A stretch of 64,000 nucleotides of DNA from Candidatus Dadabacteria bacterium (GCA_026705445.1 JAPPAR010000011.1:10525-74524); one strand, 5' to 3'; positions 1 to 9,992 are shown, counted from the stretch's first letter. A program made the numbers and translations. Notes: a model not told the origin generated them from the letters alone.

Positions 1-174
1 AGCCAGCTTGGCACGCTCTTCCCTCGCTTCGAGATCAAGGTACAGCGCCCCCGACTCCCCGGCAATATCAAGCGCCAAGGTCGTTTTGCCGACTTGACGC
101 GGGCCGATCAGCGCCACGGCGGCTTGTCGGCCGAGAGCTTTTCTTAGGGAGTGGGAAGCATGACGTTCTATCAT
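1..174 (-). CDS. AAA+ ATPase (DUF4143/AAA_14-type), N-terminal part; gene runs off the window start
   Basis: Reverse-strand translation from the ATG at 172-174 gives MIERHASHSLRKALGRQAAVALIGPRQVGKTTLALD... with a Walker A P-loop (GPRQVGKTT). Same family as the ORF at 2934..4172. Confidence 0.6.
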   Translation of the reverse strand, partial: MIERHASHSLRKALGRQAAVALIGPRQVGKTTLALDIAGESGALYLDLEAREERAKLA

Positions 175-175
175 G

Positions 176-216
176 CTTGCAAATTATACATAGCTATTCT
201 TAATTTACAAGAATAA
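176..216. repeat. 41-bp hairpin element (TTGCAAAT...ATTTACAA arms); a second copy lies at 4266..4306
   Basis: cttgcaaattatAcata-N10-atttAcaagaataa here and cttgcaaattatGcata-N10-atttGcaagaataa at 4266..4306. The arms are conserved and the 10-nt loop differs. Confidence 0.5.
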
Positions 217-353
217 TTTCCGCATAACAGATAAGATACCGTTGAGAGACTGATGTGCAAAGCAAGTCTTTTCATGCCCAGAAAACTACAGATTGAAAAA
301 GTGCGGCTGCTTGTAACCACGGAAATAAAGAACTTCTGTGAACATGACTCTAT

Positions 354-752
354 TCATAGATTGGGATTAGCAACAAAGCGAGCACCCCTTGCTATTTCCA
401 GAGCCAAAAGCTTCCTTGCATCCTTGCCAGGTGGCCAGCCTCTAATATTGGCATGATTGGGATTATCGGTTGTCGGATCGGCTACAACATTTAACGACTG
501 TGACGTCACGTGAGAAACCTCCACATCAGCCCTGCCATGAAGCTTTCTATTTTGCTGCCCGGAAACAATTTCATTTCCGATATCCCAAATTTCATTTTCG
601 GAAAGATTTAAATGGCGGGTAGTTGACAATTCCAGAGGGTCTTCCGGCGGAATGAAGGCATCTTGCTTGACCGTTTGGTCTGCTCTACGATACCACCTTG
701 AGGAAGTGATATATCTCGCCAGAAGCTCATCAGGCAAAACGAAATCCGTCAT
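354..752 (-). CDS. hypothetical protein (132 aa), last gene of an AT-rich three-gene operon
   Basis: ORF overlaps the upstream ORF by 4 nt (ATGA). Low-GC block 350..2300 contrasts with the high-GC flanks. No family recognised with confidence. Confidence 0.4.
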   Translation of the reverse strand: MTDFVLPDELLARYITSSRWYRRADQTVKQDAFIPPEDPLELSTTRHLNLSENEIWDIGNEIVSGQQNRKLHGRADVEVSHVTSQSLNVVADPTTDNPNHANIRGWPPGKDARKLLALEIARGARFVANPNL

Positions 753-1243
753 TCAATCTCCCCGGCAACCTCTCCAATTAAATCCAATAAATCATCGGAA
801 ACAAAAAATGAAACAGGATCCATTCCATGCCTCCGCTTTGCACCAATTATAGCCGCATAATAAACTCCTCCTCCAGGATTAATGCTGATTGAAACGACTC
901 TGGAAGGAGACCTGTACCATTCCAAAGAAATTGCTCCGTCCGGTTCAGCACCTATTTCCGGAGATTCACTGCCCCAAGGAAAAGATTCCAGAAAGATTTT
1001 AGCGTTCCAGAAAACCTCTTTTGTTATGGCTCTCGCCTCTCCTCCGTCCCATCCGTCCACTCCACACTCGTTAAAGGTCTTTTCCAGTTCCCGAAAAACG
1101 CCTCTAGCCCCAAAACCCAAGATATTAGACCTTTGCAAATGAGCAGATAATTCCCTCATTTGCTGGTCTATAAAGTCACCAGCAGAAAAATCCTGACCTG
1201 AGCAACCTGAAATAAGAGGGGAAGATGTTGCAGTTGCCAACAT
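749..1243 (-). CDS. hypothetical protein (164 aa), middle gene of the AT-rich operon
   Basis: ORF abuts the upstream gene (stop at 1245) and overlaps the downstream gene by 4 nt. Confidence 0.4.
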   Translation of the reverse strand: MLATATSSPLISGCSGQDFSAGDFIDQQMRELSAHLQRSNILGFGARGVFRELEKTFNECGVDGWDGGEARAITKEVFWNAKIFLESFPWGSESPEIGAEPDGAISLEWYRSPSRVVSISINPGGGVYYAAIIGAKRRHGMDPVSFFVSDDLLDLIGEVAGEIE

Positions 1244-1244
1244 T

Positions 1245-2000
1245 TTATTTGCATTCCTCCAAGGCTTTCTTTGTTAAATTACTGAAGAAAACTTTATTTT
1301 TTACCCAACGCATTTCATCCATATATTTAGAAACCTGTATTTCACCACAGTTAAGAGATTTTTGCATAAACACATCTATGTCCAACAGCAATCCGGCTTC
1401 TTGCTGAGTCCTTTGAACAGTCTTTATAACATTAACCGAATAGGGAGTCCCCGGAACCTGCAGCACGTCTCGATGCAAGTAGCCTGATAAAAGCCAGTTC
1501 AAACCCTCGATAGGTAGTGGCGGCCTTTTATAATAATCAGCTAATTCAATTCTCTGTCCCTGTTTGATCGCTAGACGGTTTATAAAGCGCAGACCAATTC
1601 TCCCAATTTCAGTTGGTTCTAGCAGTTCACAGTAAATTTTCCAGAGGCGCAACGCTTCTCGGCTAAATTTCTCCCAGTTTTCGTAAGGCTTTAGCCGACT
1701 AAAGACAAATGAATCTTTATTAAACTGTACGACATAAAAACTATCTCCTGACTGGCACTTCAAACCAACGTGGACAAAATCTTTAACTACGTTGGTTCCG
1801 GTCTCGGGTGAAAGCTGAACTTCAGTTTCCTGCACCGTGTCATGCTTCGGGTAATCAGGCAATCGTTCTTCTAACCGGCTTTGTAGACTCGACTCGTCCC
1901 ATTCGGCAGAAGAAACAACTCGAAGATCAAGAACGGCCTCAACAATCGGCGCGCGCGGCAAACGAGGAAATTCTTCTGTTATATCAATAGGGGATTGCAT
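1245..2000 (-). CDS. hypothetical protein (251 aa), first gene of the AT-rich operon
   Basis: Long ORF in a low-GC block. Possibly a conserved-hypothetical family, not verifiable here. Confidence 0.45.
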   Translation of the reverse strand: MQSPIDITEEFPRLPRAPIVEAVLDLRVVSSAEWDESSLQSRLEERLPDYPKHDTVQETEVQLSPETGTNVVKDFVHVGLKCQSGDSFYVVQFNKDSFVFSRLKPYENWEKFSREALRLWKIYCELLEPTEIGRIGLRFINRLAIKQGQRIELADYYKRPPLPIEGLNWLLSGYLHRDVLQVPGTPYSVNVIKTVQRTQQEAGLLLDIDVFMQKSLNCGEIQVSKYMDEMRWVKNKVFFSNLTKKALEECK

Positions 2001-2397
2001 AATCTTTGTTGCTCGTATCCCTTATCACTGTTTTTAAGTTTTTCCTGCCTCCCCATTCTCCACAATTCTCCGATAAGGTTTTTTCTAAATTGATTCCACC
2101 GTCTAAAACCAAGTTGGAGCAAAAAACTAAAGAATACCAAGCGACTCTGCCCGGCTCTAAGCAGGTTCAATAGTAAGCGCAAGATTATTGCCGGTCATAA
2201 TCTTCCACTTCCCTAACCCTAGTGGGAAGAATTTTTAAGAACCCCGCTAGGGTAGCATCAACTTAACAAAACTCCGTCTTACCCGTTTCCTAGGAATTCT
2301 TAGGAAAATTAAACCTTTATTTACTTTAATATAATATTACCGGAGTTCAATATTGACAAGTCTTCTGTCGCTAGCAAATTAAAATGACCGATGCTTT

Positions 2398-2622
2398 TTA
2401 CCAGAGCTTGAAACAAGCGGAAAAAGTACCGATCAATGTACCTAATTGCTTATAATGCCCGACCAGAAGTTTAAGCGAGGAGCAAACAGTAACTTCAGCA
2501 AATTGAATAATACCAGGAAAATCTCTTCCAGGAAAGATGCGCGATCCGGCAAGCAAGGAAACCGGCTTGGGAAGCCGCACCGCCTGGCTCTTGTTGTTCT
2601 TAAACACTTTTACCCTTTCCAT
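2398..2622 (-). pseudogene. vapB-like antitoxin remnant (AbrB/MazE fold). N-terminus duplicated from vapB at 4884..5114, C-terminus divergent, no cognate vapC
   Basis: Internal Met of ORF 2398..2844 gives MERVKVFKNNKSQAVRLPKPVSL, identical over the first 23 aa to the VapB at 4884..5114. DNA is ~90% identical over ~100 nt. The downstream sequence is an unrelated AT-rich block. Confidence 0.5.
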
Positions 2623-2861
2623 CTCCGCTTCCAGACAGGAAGTCCTAACGCATACAGGTGGTAGCAGGTCGCCGAGATATGTCGAGGGCGGAGAGCGCCT
2701 CCAGCGCTCGACTAAAGGGGTGCGTGAAGACTCGACAGCGCGAAATCGGAAAGCGCCTCCCGTGAACGGAAAACATCCCGAATCAAAAAGACGATCGAAA
2801 GCAGCCGGGCGCAGCGGCGAAAAAACGACGAGGCCGGATGACATTACTTGAGAACATTGTC

Positions 2862-2904
2862 TTCTATAAAAACGCGGATATAATTTCTATAAAAACGCGG
2901 ATAT
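2862..2904. repeat. 20-bp direct repeat x2 (ttctataaaaacgcggatat) with a 3-bp spacer, just upstream of the ATPase gene
   Basis: Perfect copies at 2862-2881 and 2885-2904. Confidence 0.6.
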
Positions 2905-2933
2905 GGAAATAACAATACAGCGAGTTTCGGATC

Positions 2934-4172
2934 ATGTCACATTCTTATTTCCGCTGGCAGCGGGACACCTTGAAAAAAGCCCTCGAAACGCGCCGCGTGC
3001 TGTTGCTCTGCGGAGCGCGCCAATGCGGCAAAACCACCCTTGCCAAGGAACTGGTTTCACGGCATATCGCCTACCGCACTCTAGATGATCCGGCCGTACG
3101 GCAGATTGCCGAAACCGACCCGCGAGGCTTCGTGAAGCATTCGGGAAGCACCCTCATCATTGACGAAGTCCAGCGTGCTCCCGACCTGCTTTCCGCAATC
3201 AAGATAAGGGTGGATGAAGATACGAGACCAGGACAATACCTGCTGACGGGTTCAGCCGACATACAGTCTTCCCCCGGAGTACGGGAATCCCTCGCCGGAC
3301 GCATAAGAAAGGTACGGCTGCGTCCGCTCACCCATGGAGAGATTTTAGGAGCGTCTCCGGATTTCCTTGACCGGGCCTTCAGGCAGGATTTCGGGCATCC
3401 CGACCACGCTTACGACCGTGACGCTATGCTGGACATCTCTTTTGGAGGTGGTTTTCCAGAAGCCATTATGCTTGGAGACACAGAGCGAAGATTATGGCAT
3501 CGGGACTACGCGGACGCGCTTGTGGAACGCGACCTCAGGGATCTCGGGCGTATCCAGCGACGCGACGCCATGAGCGAACTGATACACACCCTGGCGGCAT
3601 GGTCGGGCAAGTTCATGGACATTTCATCCATAGGCGCTGGACTTTCCATCGCGCGCTCCACGGTCGAGACATACATAAACGCCCTAGAAGCCTTGTACAT
3701 TGTCGAACGCGTAAGGGCGTGGAAACGCACCGATTACGCGCGGGCGGGGCAACGCCCCAGGCTTTTTATGACTGACTCGGGACTCATGTCTTCGATTCTT
3801 GACTGGGACAGGCAGCAGGTCCGAATGGATGCGGACCGCTCGGGCAAGCTGATCGAAACCTTCATGTTCAACGAAATAGCCGCCCAAGTGGACGCCAATG
3901 CCGGAAGATACAGTCTCTTCCATTACCGTGACCGCGAAAAGCGCGAGATCGACTTCTTGATCGAAAGGGAGGACTGGGCGCTGCTCGGGATTGAGATCAA
4001 GGCGGGCTCGGCCATCGGAACGAACGATTTCAGAAACCTCAGCTGGTTTAAGAAAAACATCGCGCGCGACAGAAAATTTACCGGGGTCGTACTCTATTCG
4101 GGAGAACTCGCGGGTTCCATGGGTGACGGGCTGTGGGCTGTTCCTTTCGGAACAGTCTGGAACCGGCAGTAA
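2934..4172 (+). CDS. AAA+ ATPase, DUF4143 (AAA_14) family
   Basis: 412-aa ORF with Walker A GARQCGKTTLAKE and a Walker B-like LIIDEVQ. The C-terminal part is typical of the DUF4143 ATPase family. Confidence 0.8.
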   Translation: MSHSYFRWQRDTLKKALETRRVLLLCGARQCGKTTLAKELVSRHIAYRTLDDPAVRQIAETDPRGFVKHSGSTLIIDEVQRAPDLLSAIKIRVDEDTRPGQYLLTGSADIQSSPGVRESLAGRIRKVRLRPLTHGEILGASPDFLDRAFRQDFGHPDHAYDRDAMLDISFGGGFPEAIMLGDTERRLWHRDYADALVERDLRDLGRIQRRDAMSELIHTLAAWSGKFMDISSIGAGLSIARSTVETYINALEALYIVERVRAWKRTDYARAGQRPRLFMTDSGLMSSILDWDRQQVRMDADRSGKLIETFMFNEIAAQVDANAGRYSLFHYRDREKREIDFLIEREDWALLGIEIKAGSAIGTNDFRNLSWFKKNIARDRKFTGVVLYSGELAGSMGDGLWAVPFGTVWNRQ

Positions 4173-4265
4173 GCCGGCTGGCTCACCTTGAAAGAGCGAA
4201 ACGCGTGGCGGCCTGTCGCGCGCAACTTCTCCTGCTGCTTGATAAGAGAGATGAAGTTCCGTTAC

Positions 4266-4306
4266 CTTGCAAATTATGCATACGACTGTCTGATTTGCAA
4301 GAATAA
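4266..4306. repeat. second copy of the 41-bp hairpin element (perfect 8-bp stem TTGCAAAT/ATTTGCAA)
   Basis: See 176..216. Lies 94 nt after the ATPase stop. Confidence 0.5.
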
Positions 4307-4482
4307 ACGGCTCGAGGCTCACATACGTAACCAGAAAGAAGAGAGTTTCCTGATCTACCGAGGATAGATTTTCGCACGGCATTAACCACTTGCAGACTTG
4401 TGTCGGCAATCCAGAGATTCGTCGGTTCCTGAAATTTCGGCCTGCTGACCTGATCTCTCGCGCTCCACGAAGAGAAAGAAGC

Positions 4483-4884
4483 CTATTTGCTCCAATCTTC
4501 TATGCGTAATCCGGCCACACGCTTGAATTCCCGGGTGTTATTGGTCACCAGAATGTGCCCGAGCGACCTGGCGTGCCCGGCAATCATCAGGTCATAATGT
4601 CCGATCGGTCTGCCCGAGGCGGCTAATTCCGCCCTGATTTCACCGGAATGAACCGCCGCAGCGTAATCATAGGACAGCACGTGCAGTCTGGCGACAAAAC
4701 CCTCTATATCGTTGAGATTGCGTCTGGGGTTCGCGGACTTTTCCGCTCCATAAACAAGCTCCATCAGGGTTATGGTTGATATGCACACCTGACCGTAATG
4801 AGCAACAAACGCCCTTTTTATCTTCTCGGGCTTATTCTTTATGGTGTAGATAACTATATTGGTGTCCAGCATATACCTGAGCAT
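4483..4884 (-). CDS. vapC: type II toxin VapC (PIN-domain ribonuclease)
   Basis: MLRYMLDTNIVIY... PIN-domain acidic residues. Start overlaps the vapB stop (ATGA). Confidence 0.9.
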   Translation of the reverse strand: MLRYMLDTNIVIYTIKNKPEKIKRAFVAHYGQVCISTITLMELVYGAEKSANPRRNLNDIEGFVARLHVLSYDYAAAVHSGEIRAELAASGRPIGHYDLMIAGHARSLGHILVTNNTREFKRVAGLRIEDWSK

Positions 4885-5114
4885 CAGAAGGGTTCCCTCT
4901 CCTGACTCCCGGTCTGACCGCGCTCATTCATGAAGTCATCCGTAACACCCTCCCCCTCAAACCAGCTGTCCCATGCTTCTCCAGCCGGAGTGATTAAGCG
5001 GGAACGCCCCAAGCGGATAATATCCACTTCCTTTACTGTATCCGGCAAGGAAACCGGTTTGGGAAGCCTCACCGCTTGGCTTTTATTGTTCTTAAAGACT
5101 TTTACCCTTTCCAT
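4884..5114 (-). CDS. vapB: type II antitoxin VapB (AbrB/MazE/SpoVT family)
   Basis: MERVKVFKNNKSQAVRLPKPV is a typical VagC/VapB N-terminus. Lies directly upstream of the overlapping vapC. Confidence 0.85.
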   Translation of the reverse strand: MERVKVFKNNKSQAVRLPKPVSLPDTVKEVDIIRLGRSRLITPAGEAWDSWFEGEGVTDDFMNERGQTGSQEREPF

Positions 5115-5142
5115 CTCTACCTCCAGACAGGAATATACTTAA

Positions 5143-5192
5143 CGTATATACATTGTAGCTGGCTGTTGGGATATGTAAAGAGTATATACGTA
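5143..5192. promoter_or_regulatory. perfect 10-bp inverted repeat (ACGTATATAC ... GTATATACGT) in the vapBC promoter region; candidate VapB operator
   Basis: Inverted repeat at 5143-5152 / 5183-5192, 29-78 nt upstream of the vapB start. Confidence 0.4.
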
Positions 5193-5275
5193 CTTTTTCT
5201 AAAAGCCTCCCCGAGAAAATTCAGAAATTGTGAAAAGTTGAAAAGACCGTTATCTCGAAGCGGGGCTAACTCCTC

Positions 5276-6736
5276 TCACGAACCGTGATATATCGAGAGA
5301 AAAGCGGTGTAGGTGAAACCGAACTGCATAAGCAGCAGAAAGGGAACCCAGATGAAAAATCCCATGTAGAGAACGTATGCCACCTGGAACGTGAAGAAAA
5401 CCGAGAGGGTGACCTCGAAAAAGATGGTAACCCCTTTTGAGGAAACGTAAGCCGAGGTTCTCCACCGGTCCTTCCTGCCCACGACGGCGTACTTGGGCGT
5501 TCTCGCAAAACCCGACGTCCTGCCCAGAACCGCCTCAAGCACGGCCTTGGCGTTGTTAACCGCTATGCCCGCCCCGACGCTCAGCGCAACGGGTATATAC
5601 TTGTAGAACTCCCGCGCCCGGGCGCCGTGGGCCTCGCGGACCGCCAGTATGTAGAACCTTATTATGGCTAAGGTGCCGAGCGCCACCCCCGTGACGCTCG
5701 CTATGAAAAGGTCGTTAAGCCATATCCTCTCCCACAGGAAATTCATGGGTATTATGAGAATTATAGTGGCGAGCAGAAACAGGTAGCTGAAATTGCCGAG
5801 GAGGTGAAATATGCTCTCGGCCTTTACCTTAAACGGGATCCGGGAGTCGCGAAGCACCGACGGCAAAAGCTTCCCTGCCGTCTGGATCCCTCCCTTGACC
5901 CACCTGTGCTGCTGTATCTTAAAGGCGTTCATGTCAACGGGAAGCTCGGCGTCCGATATGACGTCGGGCAGGTAGACTGCCTTCCACCCGTTTATCTGCG
6001 CCCTGTAGCTTAGATCAAGATCCTCGGTCAGGGTGTCGTGCTGCCACCCTCCGCTCTGCTCTATGCACTTCTTGCGGATCACCCCGGCGGTGCCGTTGAA
6101 GTTAAGAAAAAGTCCGTTTCCATGCCGGGCAGCCTGCTCCACCACGAAATGGCCGTCAAGAAGCACCGACTGGGCCTTGGTCAGAAGCGAGTAGTCGCGG
6201 TTAAGATGCCCCCATCTCGTCTGCACTATCCCGACCTCAGGGTCTTCGAAGCACGAAACGGTCCTTCGGAGAAAATCCCTGGGGGGAACAAAATCCGCGT
6301 CGAAAACCGCAAGAAGCTCCCCGCTTGCCTGCGCGCAGCCCGCGGCAAGCGCCCCCGCCTTGTACCCCTCGCGGTTCCCCCTCCGGATGTGCTTTATGTC
6401 GAAACCGGCGGCCCGGAGCTCATCGGTGCAGCGCGCCGCTATGCGGCTTGTGTCATCGGTTGAGTCGTCAAGCACCTGCACCTCGAGCAGGTCACTCGGG
6501 TAGTCGATCGCGCAGACTGCGCGGATGAGCCTCTCGGTCACGTACATCTCGTTATAGACGGGGAGCTGCACCGTGACGCGCGGAAGGGATCCCTGCCCCC
6601 GCGGGGCCGCGGCGCGGCGCGCCTTTGTCCTCGAGTAAAGATGCACCAGGTAGTAGCGGTGAAGACCGAATATGCAGAGAAAAGCGGAGGAGATAATGTA
6701 AAGCAGGGTGCAGAAGTACTTTATAAACTCAAACAA
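5276..6736 (-). CDS. family 2 glycosyltransferase, processive type (cellulose-synthase-like, QxxRW motif)
   Basis: DxD-type motifs (LDDSTDDT, DADF) and QQHRW, with multiple C-terminal transmembrane segments. Confidence 0.8.
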   Translation of the reverse strand: MFEFIKYFCTLLYIISSAFLCIFGLHRYYLVHLYSRTKARRAAAPRGQGSLPRVTVQLPVYNEMYVTERLIRAVCAIDYPSDLLEVQVLDDSTDDTSRIAARCTDELRAAGFDIKHIRRGNREGYKAGALAAGCAQASGELLAVFDADFVPPRDFLRRTVSCFEDPEVGIVQTRWGHLNRDYSLLTKAQSVLLDGHFVVEQAARHGNGLFLNFNGTAGVIRKKCIEQSGGWQHDTLTEDLDLSYRAQINGWKAVYLPDVISDAELPVDMNAFKIQQHRWVKGGIQTAGKLLPSVLRDSRIPFKVKAESIFHLLGNFSYLFLLATIILIIPMNFLWERIWLNDLFIASVTGVALGTLAIIRFYILAVREAHGARAREFYKYIPVALSVGAGIAVNNAKAVLEAVLGRTSGFARTPKYAVVGRKDRWRTSAYVSSKGVTIFFEVTLSVFFTFQVAYVLYMGFFIWVPFLLLMQFGFTYTAFLSIYHGS

Positions 6737-6773
6737 CTCTCAAAACCTCTTATCTTTAAAGACCAGGTCGCCC

Positions 6774-7940
6774 CTACGGTTTGAACTTCGCTATCCTCTC
6801 GGCAGCCTGCTCTATCCTCTGCGTGTCGAACGTCACCGACACCCTGGCGTATCCCTCGCCGCAGTCCCCGAAACCGTTTCCGGGAGTGACGACCACGCCG
6901 GCTTCGGTGAGCATTCTCTCCGAGAACTCTGAAGATGTCATCCCCTCGGGAACCTCGAACCACACGTAGAACGTGGCCTCGGGGACGGTGTACTCTATGC
7001 CCGCTTCCCGAAGGCCGCGGCAGAATATCTCGAGGCGCTCCCTGTAAACCTCTTTTCTCTCCTCAAGCCCGACGGAGCTGTTACGAAGCGCCGTTATGCC
7101 CGCCACCTGGACCGCCTGGAAAACTCCCGAGTCTATGTTCGTCTTTATCTTCCCGAGACCCGCTATGGCCCTCTCGTTTCCCGCGGCGAACGCCAGGCGC
7201 CACCCGGTCATGCTGAAGGTCTTTGAAAGCGAGTGGAACTCGATTCCCACATCCATCGCCCCCGGTATCTCGAGGAAGCTCAGGGGATTTTTTCCGTAAA
7301 ACGCTATCTCCGTGTAGGCGGCGTCGTGGCAGATGAGTATCTCGTTTTCCCGGGCGAAATCGACCACTTCCCCGAAGAACCCCTCGTTGGCAAGAACCGT
7401 CGTCGGATTGTTCGGATAGTTAAGAAACATCAAGACGGCCCGCTTGGCCACATCCGCGGGAATGGCGTCAAGGTCCGGGAGAAAATCGTTTTCCTTAAGA
7501 AGCGGCATCGGGTAGGGAACCCCTCCGGCGAACGTGGTAGAGACCGGGTACACGGGGTATCCGGGATCCGGCACGAGCGCCACATCCCCCGGGTCAACAA
7601 ACGCTAAAGGCGCGTGGGCTACACCTTCCTTGGAACCTATGAGGGTCACTACCTGCTTTGCGGGATCGAGGCTTACCCCGAAGCGCTCTTCGTACCACTC
7701 GGCAGCCGCCTCCCGAAAAGACAGCATGCCCACGTAGGACGGGTAGCGGTGGTGCTCCGGATCTCCGGAGGCCTCGCGAAGCGACTCCACTATGTGCTCC
7801 GGCGTCGGTATGTCCGGGTCGCCCACCCCGAGGTCGATCACGTCTGCCCCCTTCTCGATCAGCTCGTTTTTTTTCCTGTCGATCTCGGCGAAAAGGTATG
7901 GAGGAAGCTGCTCGATTCTCTCCGCCCACTTGATTTTCAT
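6774..7940 (-). CDS. dapL: class I/II aminotransferase, most similar to LL-diaminopimelate aminotransferase (DapL type)
   Basis: MKIKWAERIEQLPPYLFAEIDRKK..., a PLP-lysine context (SLSKTFSMTGWR), and length 388 aa. Confidence 0.7.
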   Translation of the reverse strand: MKIKWAERIEQLPPYLFAEIDRKKNELIEKGADVIDLGVGDPDIPTPEHIVESLREASGDPEHHRYPSYVGMLSFREAAAEWYEERFGVSLDPAKQVVTLIGSKEGVAHAPLAFVDPGDVALVPDPGYPVYPVSTTFAGGVPYPMPLLKENDFLPDLDAIPADVAKRAVLMFLNYPNNPTTVLANEGFFGEVVDFARENEILICHDAAYTEIAFYGKNPLSFLEIPGAMDVGIEFHSLSKTFSMTGWRLAFAAGNERAIAGLGKIKTNIDSGVFQAVQVAGITALRNSSVGLEERKEVYRERLEIFCRGLREAGIEYTVPEATFYVWFEVPEGMTSSEFSERMLTEAGVVVTPGNGFGDCGEGYARVSVTFDTQRIEQAAERIAKFKP

Positions 7941-8196
7941 TTGAAGTCCTCCCGAGGATAGATAGGTCCTGACAAGGCAATAAGGCTAACTTAACGGTGC
8001 CCGATGGGCAAGTGTGATTTTGTGAGGAAAATCTCCTGCGGGAAGCGTTAACCGCCCCTTAACGGGCACTTTACGCCGCTTTGACGAAGATCGGGGATAA
8101 GTAGCGCTCGGGGGCATGTTTAGGGAATTATGTATGTCAACTTAAATACATAATTCCCCATGTTTAACAACGCCCGCAAAAAAGATTAGAATTACA

Positions 8197-9291
8197 TTGC
8201 GCGCGAGGAGAAAAGGTTTGAAGATACTCTACGCAATACAGGGAACCGGAAACGGCCACATAAGCCGCTCAAGAGACGTGATAGCCGAGCTTCGGAAGTC
8301 GGCCGAGGTCGACATTATGGTAAGCGAGCACCAGCACGAAATAGATCTCGGCTTCGAGGTCAAGTACAACCTGCGGGGACTCGGGTTTGTTTTCGGGAAA
8401 AACGGCGGGATCGACTACTACGCCTCGATAAAGAAGGCCCGCTTCGACAAGCTGCTCGGGGACGTAAACGACCTTCCCGTCGGGGATTACGACATGGTGG
8501 TAAGCGACTTCGAGCCCATATCCTCCTGGGCGTGCCGCCTCAAGAAAAGGCCCTGCGTTTCGCTTTCCCACCAGACGTCGTTCGCGTCCCCCAAGACCCC
8601 GAGGCCCGAGAAGCCGAACAAGATAATGGAATTCATAATAAAGTGGTACGCCCCCGTGTGCATACCGCTCGGGCTTCATTTCCGCGAGTACGACAACTTC
8701 ATAAAGACCCCCATAATAAGAAAGGAGCTTCGCCGCTACGAAGTGCGCCGAAACGGCCACTACACGGTCTATCTCCCGAGCTTTGACGAGCACACCCTGA
8801 TCAGGCATCTGAGCAAAATCGACGTGTGCTGGGAGCTTTTCTCAAAACACTACAAGGGAGAGCCCTACACAGAAGGAAACGTCACCGTGTACCCGGTAAG
8901 CTACGAGAAGTTCATAGAAAGCTTCACCGAAAGCGAGGGCATACTCACCAATGCCGGATTCGAGACGCCTTCCGAGGCCCTTTTCCTAGGCAAGAAGCTG
9001 CTCGCGGTGCCGATGAAGGGGCAGTATGAGCAGGAGTGCAACGCGGCGGCGCTTGAGCAGATGGGATTCGAGGTGCTCCACAAGGTGGGCAGCGATTTCG
9101 AAAGCGTCCTTGAGAGATGGGTATCCCTTCCCAGAGCGCAGCCCGAACCCTACAGGGACGTCGTTCCCGACATATCGGAAACCATACTCGCCCTTGCCGA
9201 GCGCTACGGGGGCGAAGAGGAGTTCAGACACCCGACCGGCTCCCCTATCGAAGACGCCGAGCGAAAGGGGCTCCTAGACCTTTTTCTCTGA
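8197..9291 (+). CDS. GT-B glycosyltransferase (MJ1255/TIGR00661-like)
   Basis: N-terminal ILYAIQGTGNGHISRS motif typical of MGT/UDP-glycosyltransferase-like proteins. 364 aa. Confidence 0.55.
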   Translation: MRARRKGLKILYAIQGTGNGHISRSRDVIAELRKSAEVDIMVSEHQHEIDLGFEVKYNLRGLGFVFGKNGGIDYYASIKKARFDKLLGDVNDLPVGDYDMVVSDFEPISSWACRLKKRPCVSLSHQTSFASPKTPRPEKPNKIMEFIIKWYAPVCIPLGLHFREYDNFIKTPIIRKELRRYEVRRNGHYTVYLPSFDEHTLIRHLSKIDVCWELFSKHYKGEPYTEGNVTVYPVSYEKFIESFTESEGILTNAGFETPSEALFLGKKLLAVPMKGQYEQECNAAALEQMGFEVLHKVGSDFESVLERWVSLPRAQPEPYRDVVPDISETILALAERYGGEEEFRHPTGSPIEDAERKGLLDLFL

Positions 9292-9314
9292 GGATAAAAC
9301 CGCGGCGGGGAAAA

Positions 9315-9992
9315 TCAGGGAAGAAAGAACCAGAAGACCGCGATGCCGAGAACCAGCCCCGCCAGCGTCTGGGCCAAGCTGTGGCACCCGAGTCTCACCC
9401 TCGACCACGCGACCAGCAGGGCAAGAGGCGGGATAACGAAAACCAGGGCCTCGTGCGGATGGGCGAACACCGCCGCCCCGAGCGCGCCGATTGCGGCACA
9501 GTGACCGCTTATCTTCCAGTAAAGCGAAACCAGTATCCAGAGGCCCGTAAGCGCAAGGCATAAGTAGCCGAGCGTGACCAAGGCGCCCGGGCCGCCGACG
9601 AAGCCGTAGAGAAGGAGCGACAATACCGAGTAGACGAAAATAACGCTGAGGGGCCTTATCCGCTCCTCCCTCACGCTTATATGGAAATCCGTCACCTTGC
9701 CCTGTCCCATGAGATAGAATATGTAGGCCGTCGGGGCAAGCACGAAAAGCAGCAGGAAAAGAAAAGTCCAGAGAAACTTGGCGGAGTGATCAAGCGAGTA
9801 AGAGCAGAGAATCACCGCGTAGAAAACCACAAGCGCGGGGGAAAAAACGGTGGAGACGAGGTTCGCCGCGCCTACGACCCTACCACCCTCGGCGGGACGC
9901 GGAAACGTGACCTTTTGAGCTATGTTGTCGTTATTAATCATCTTTCCCTGAGCCCTGTATAAAATAAAAACCGCATGGAGCGCAAAAAACAA
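9315..9992 (-). CDS. PAP2-family phosphatase (membrane)
   Basis: PAP2 motifs KISGH and SRVRLGCHS, with multiple transmembrane helices. The true start may be the internal MINNDN. Confidence 0.7.
   Translation of the reverse strand: MFFALHAVFILYRAQGKMINNDNIAQKVTFPRPAEGGRVVGAANLVSTVFSPALVVFYAVILCSYSLDHSAKFLWTFLFLLLFVLAPTAYIFYLMGQGKVTDFHISVREERIRPLSVIFVYSVLSLLLYGFVGGPGALVTLGYLCLALTGLWILVSLYWKISGHCAAIGALGAAVFAHPHEALVFVIPPLALLVAWSRVRLGCHSLAQTLAGLVLGIAVFWFFLP

Noticed and set aside
2537-2851. Plus-strand ORFs (72 and 104 aa) over the vapB-remnant region
   Set aside because: They are antisense to the vapB-like reading frame that carries a 23-aa identical match to the intact VapB. No support as genes.
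6038-6463. 141-aa plus-strand ORF inside the GT2 glycosyltransferase gene
   Set aside because: It is antisense to a well-supported gene. The Arg/Pro/Ala-rich translation is typical of a GC-rich shadow frame.
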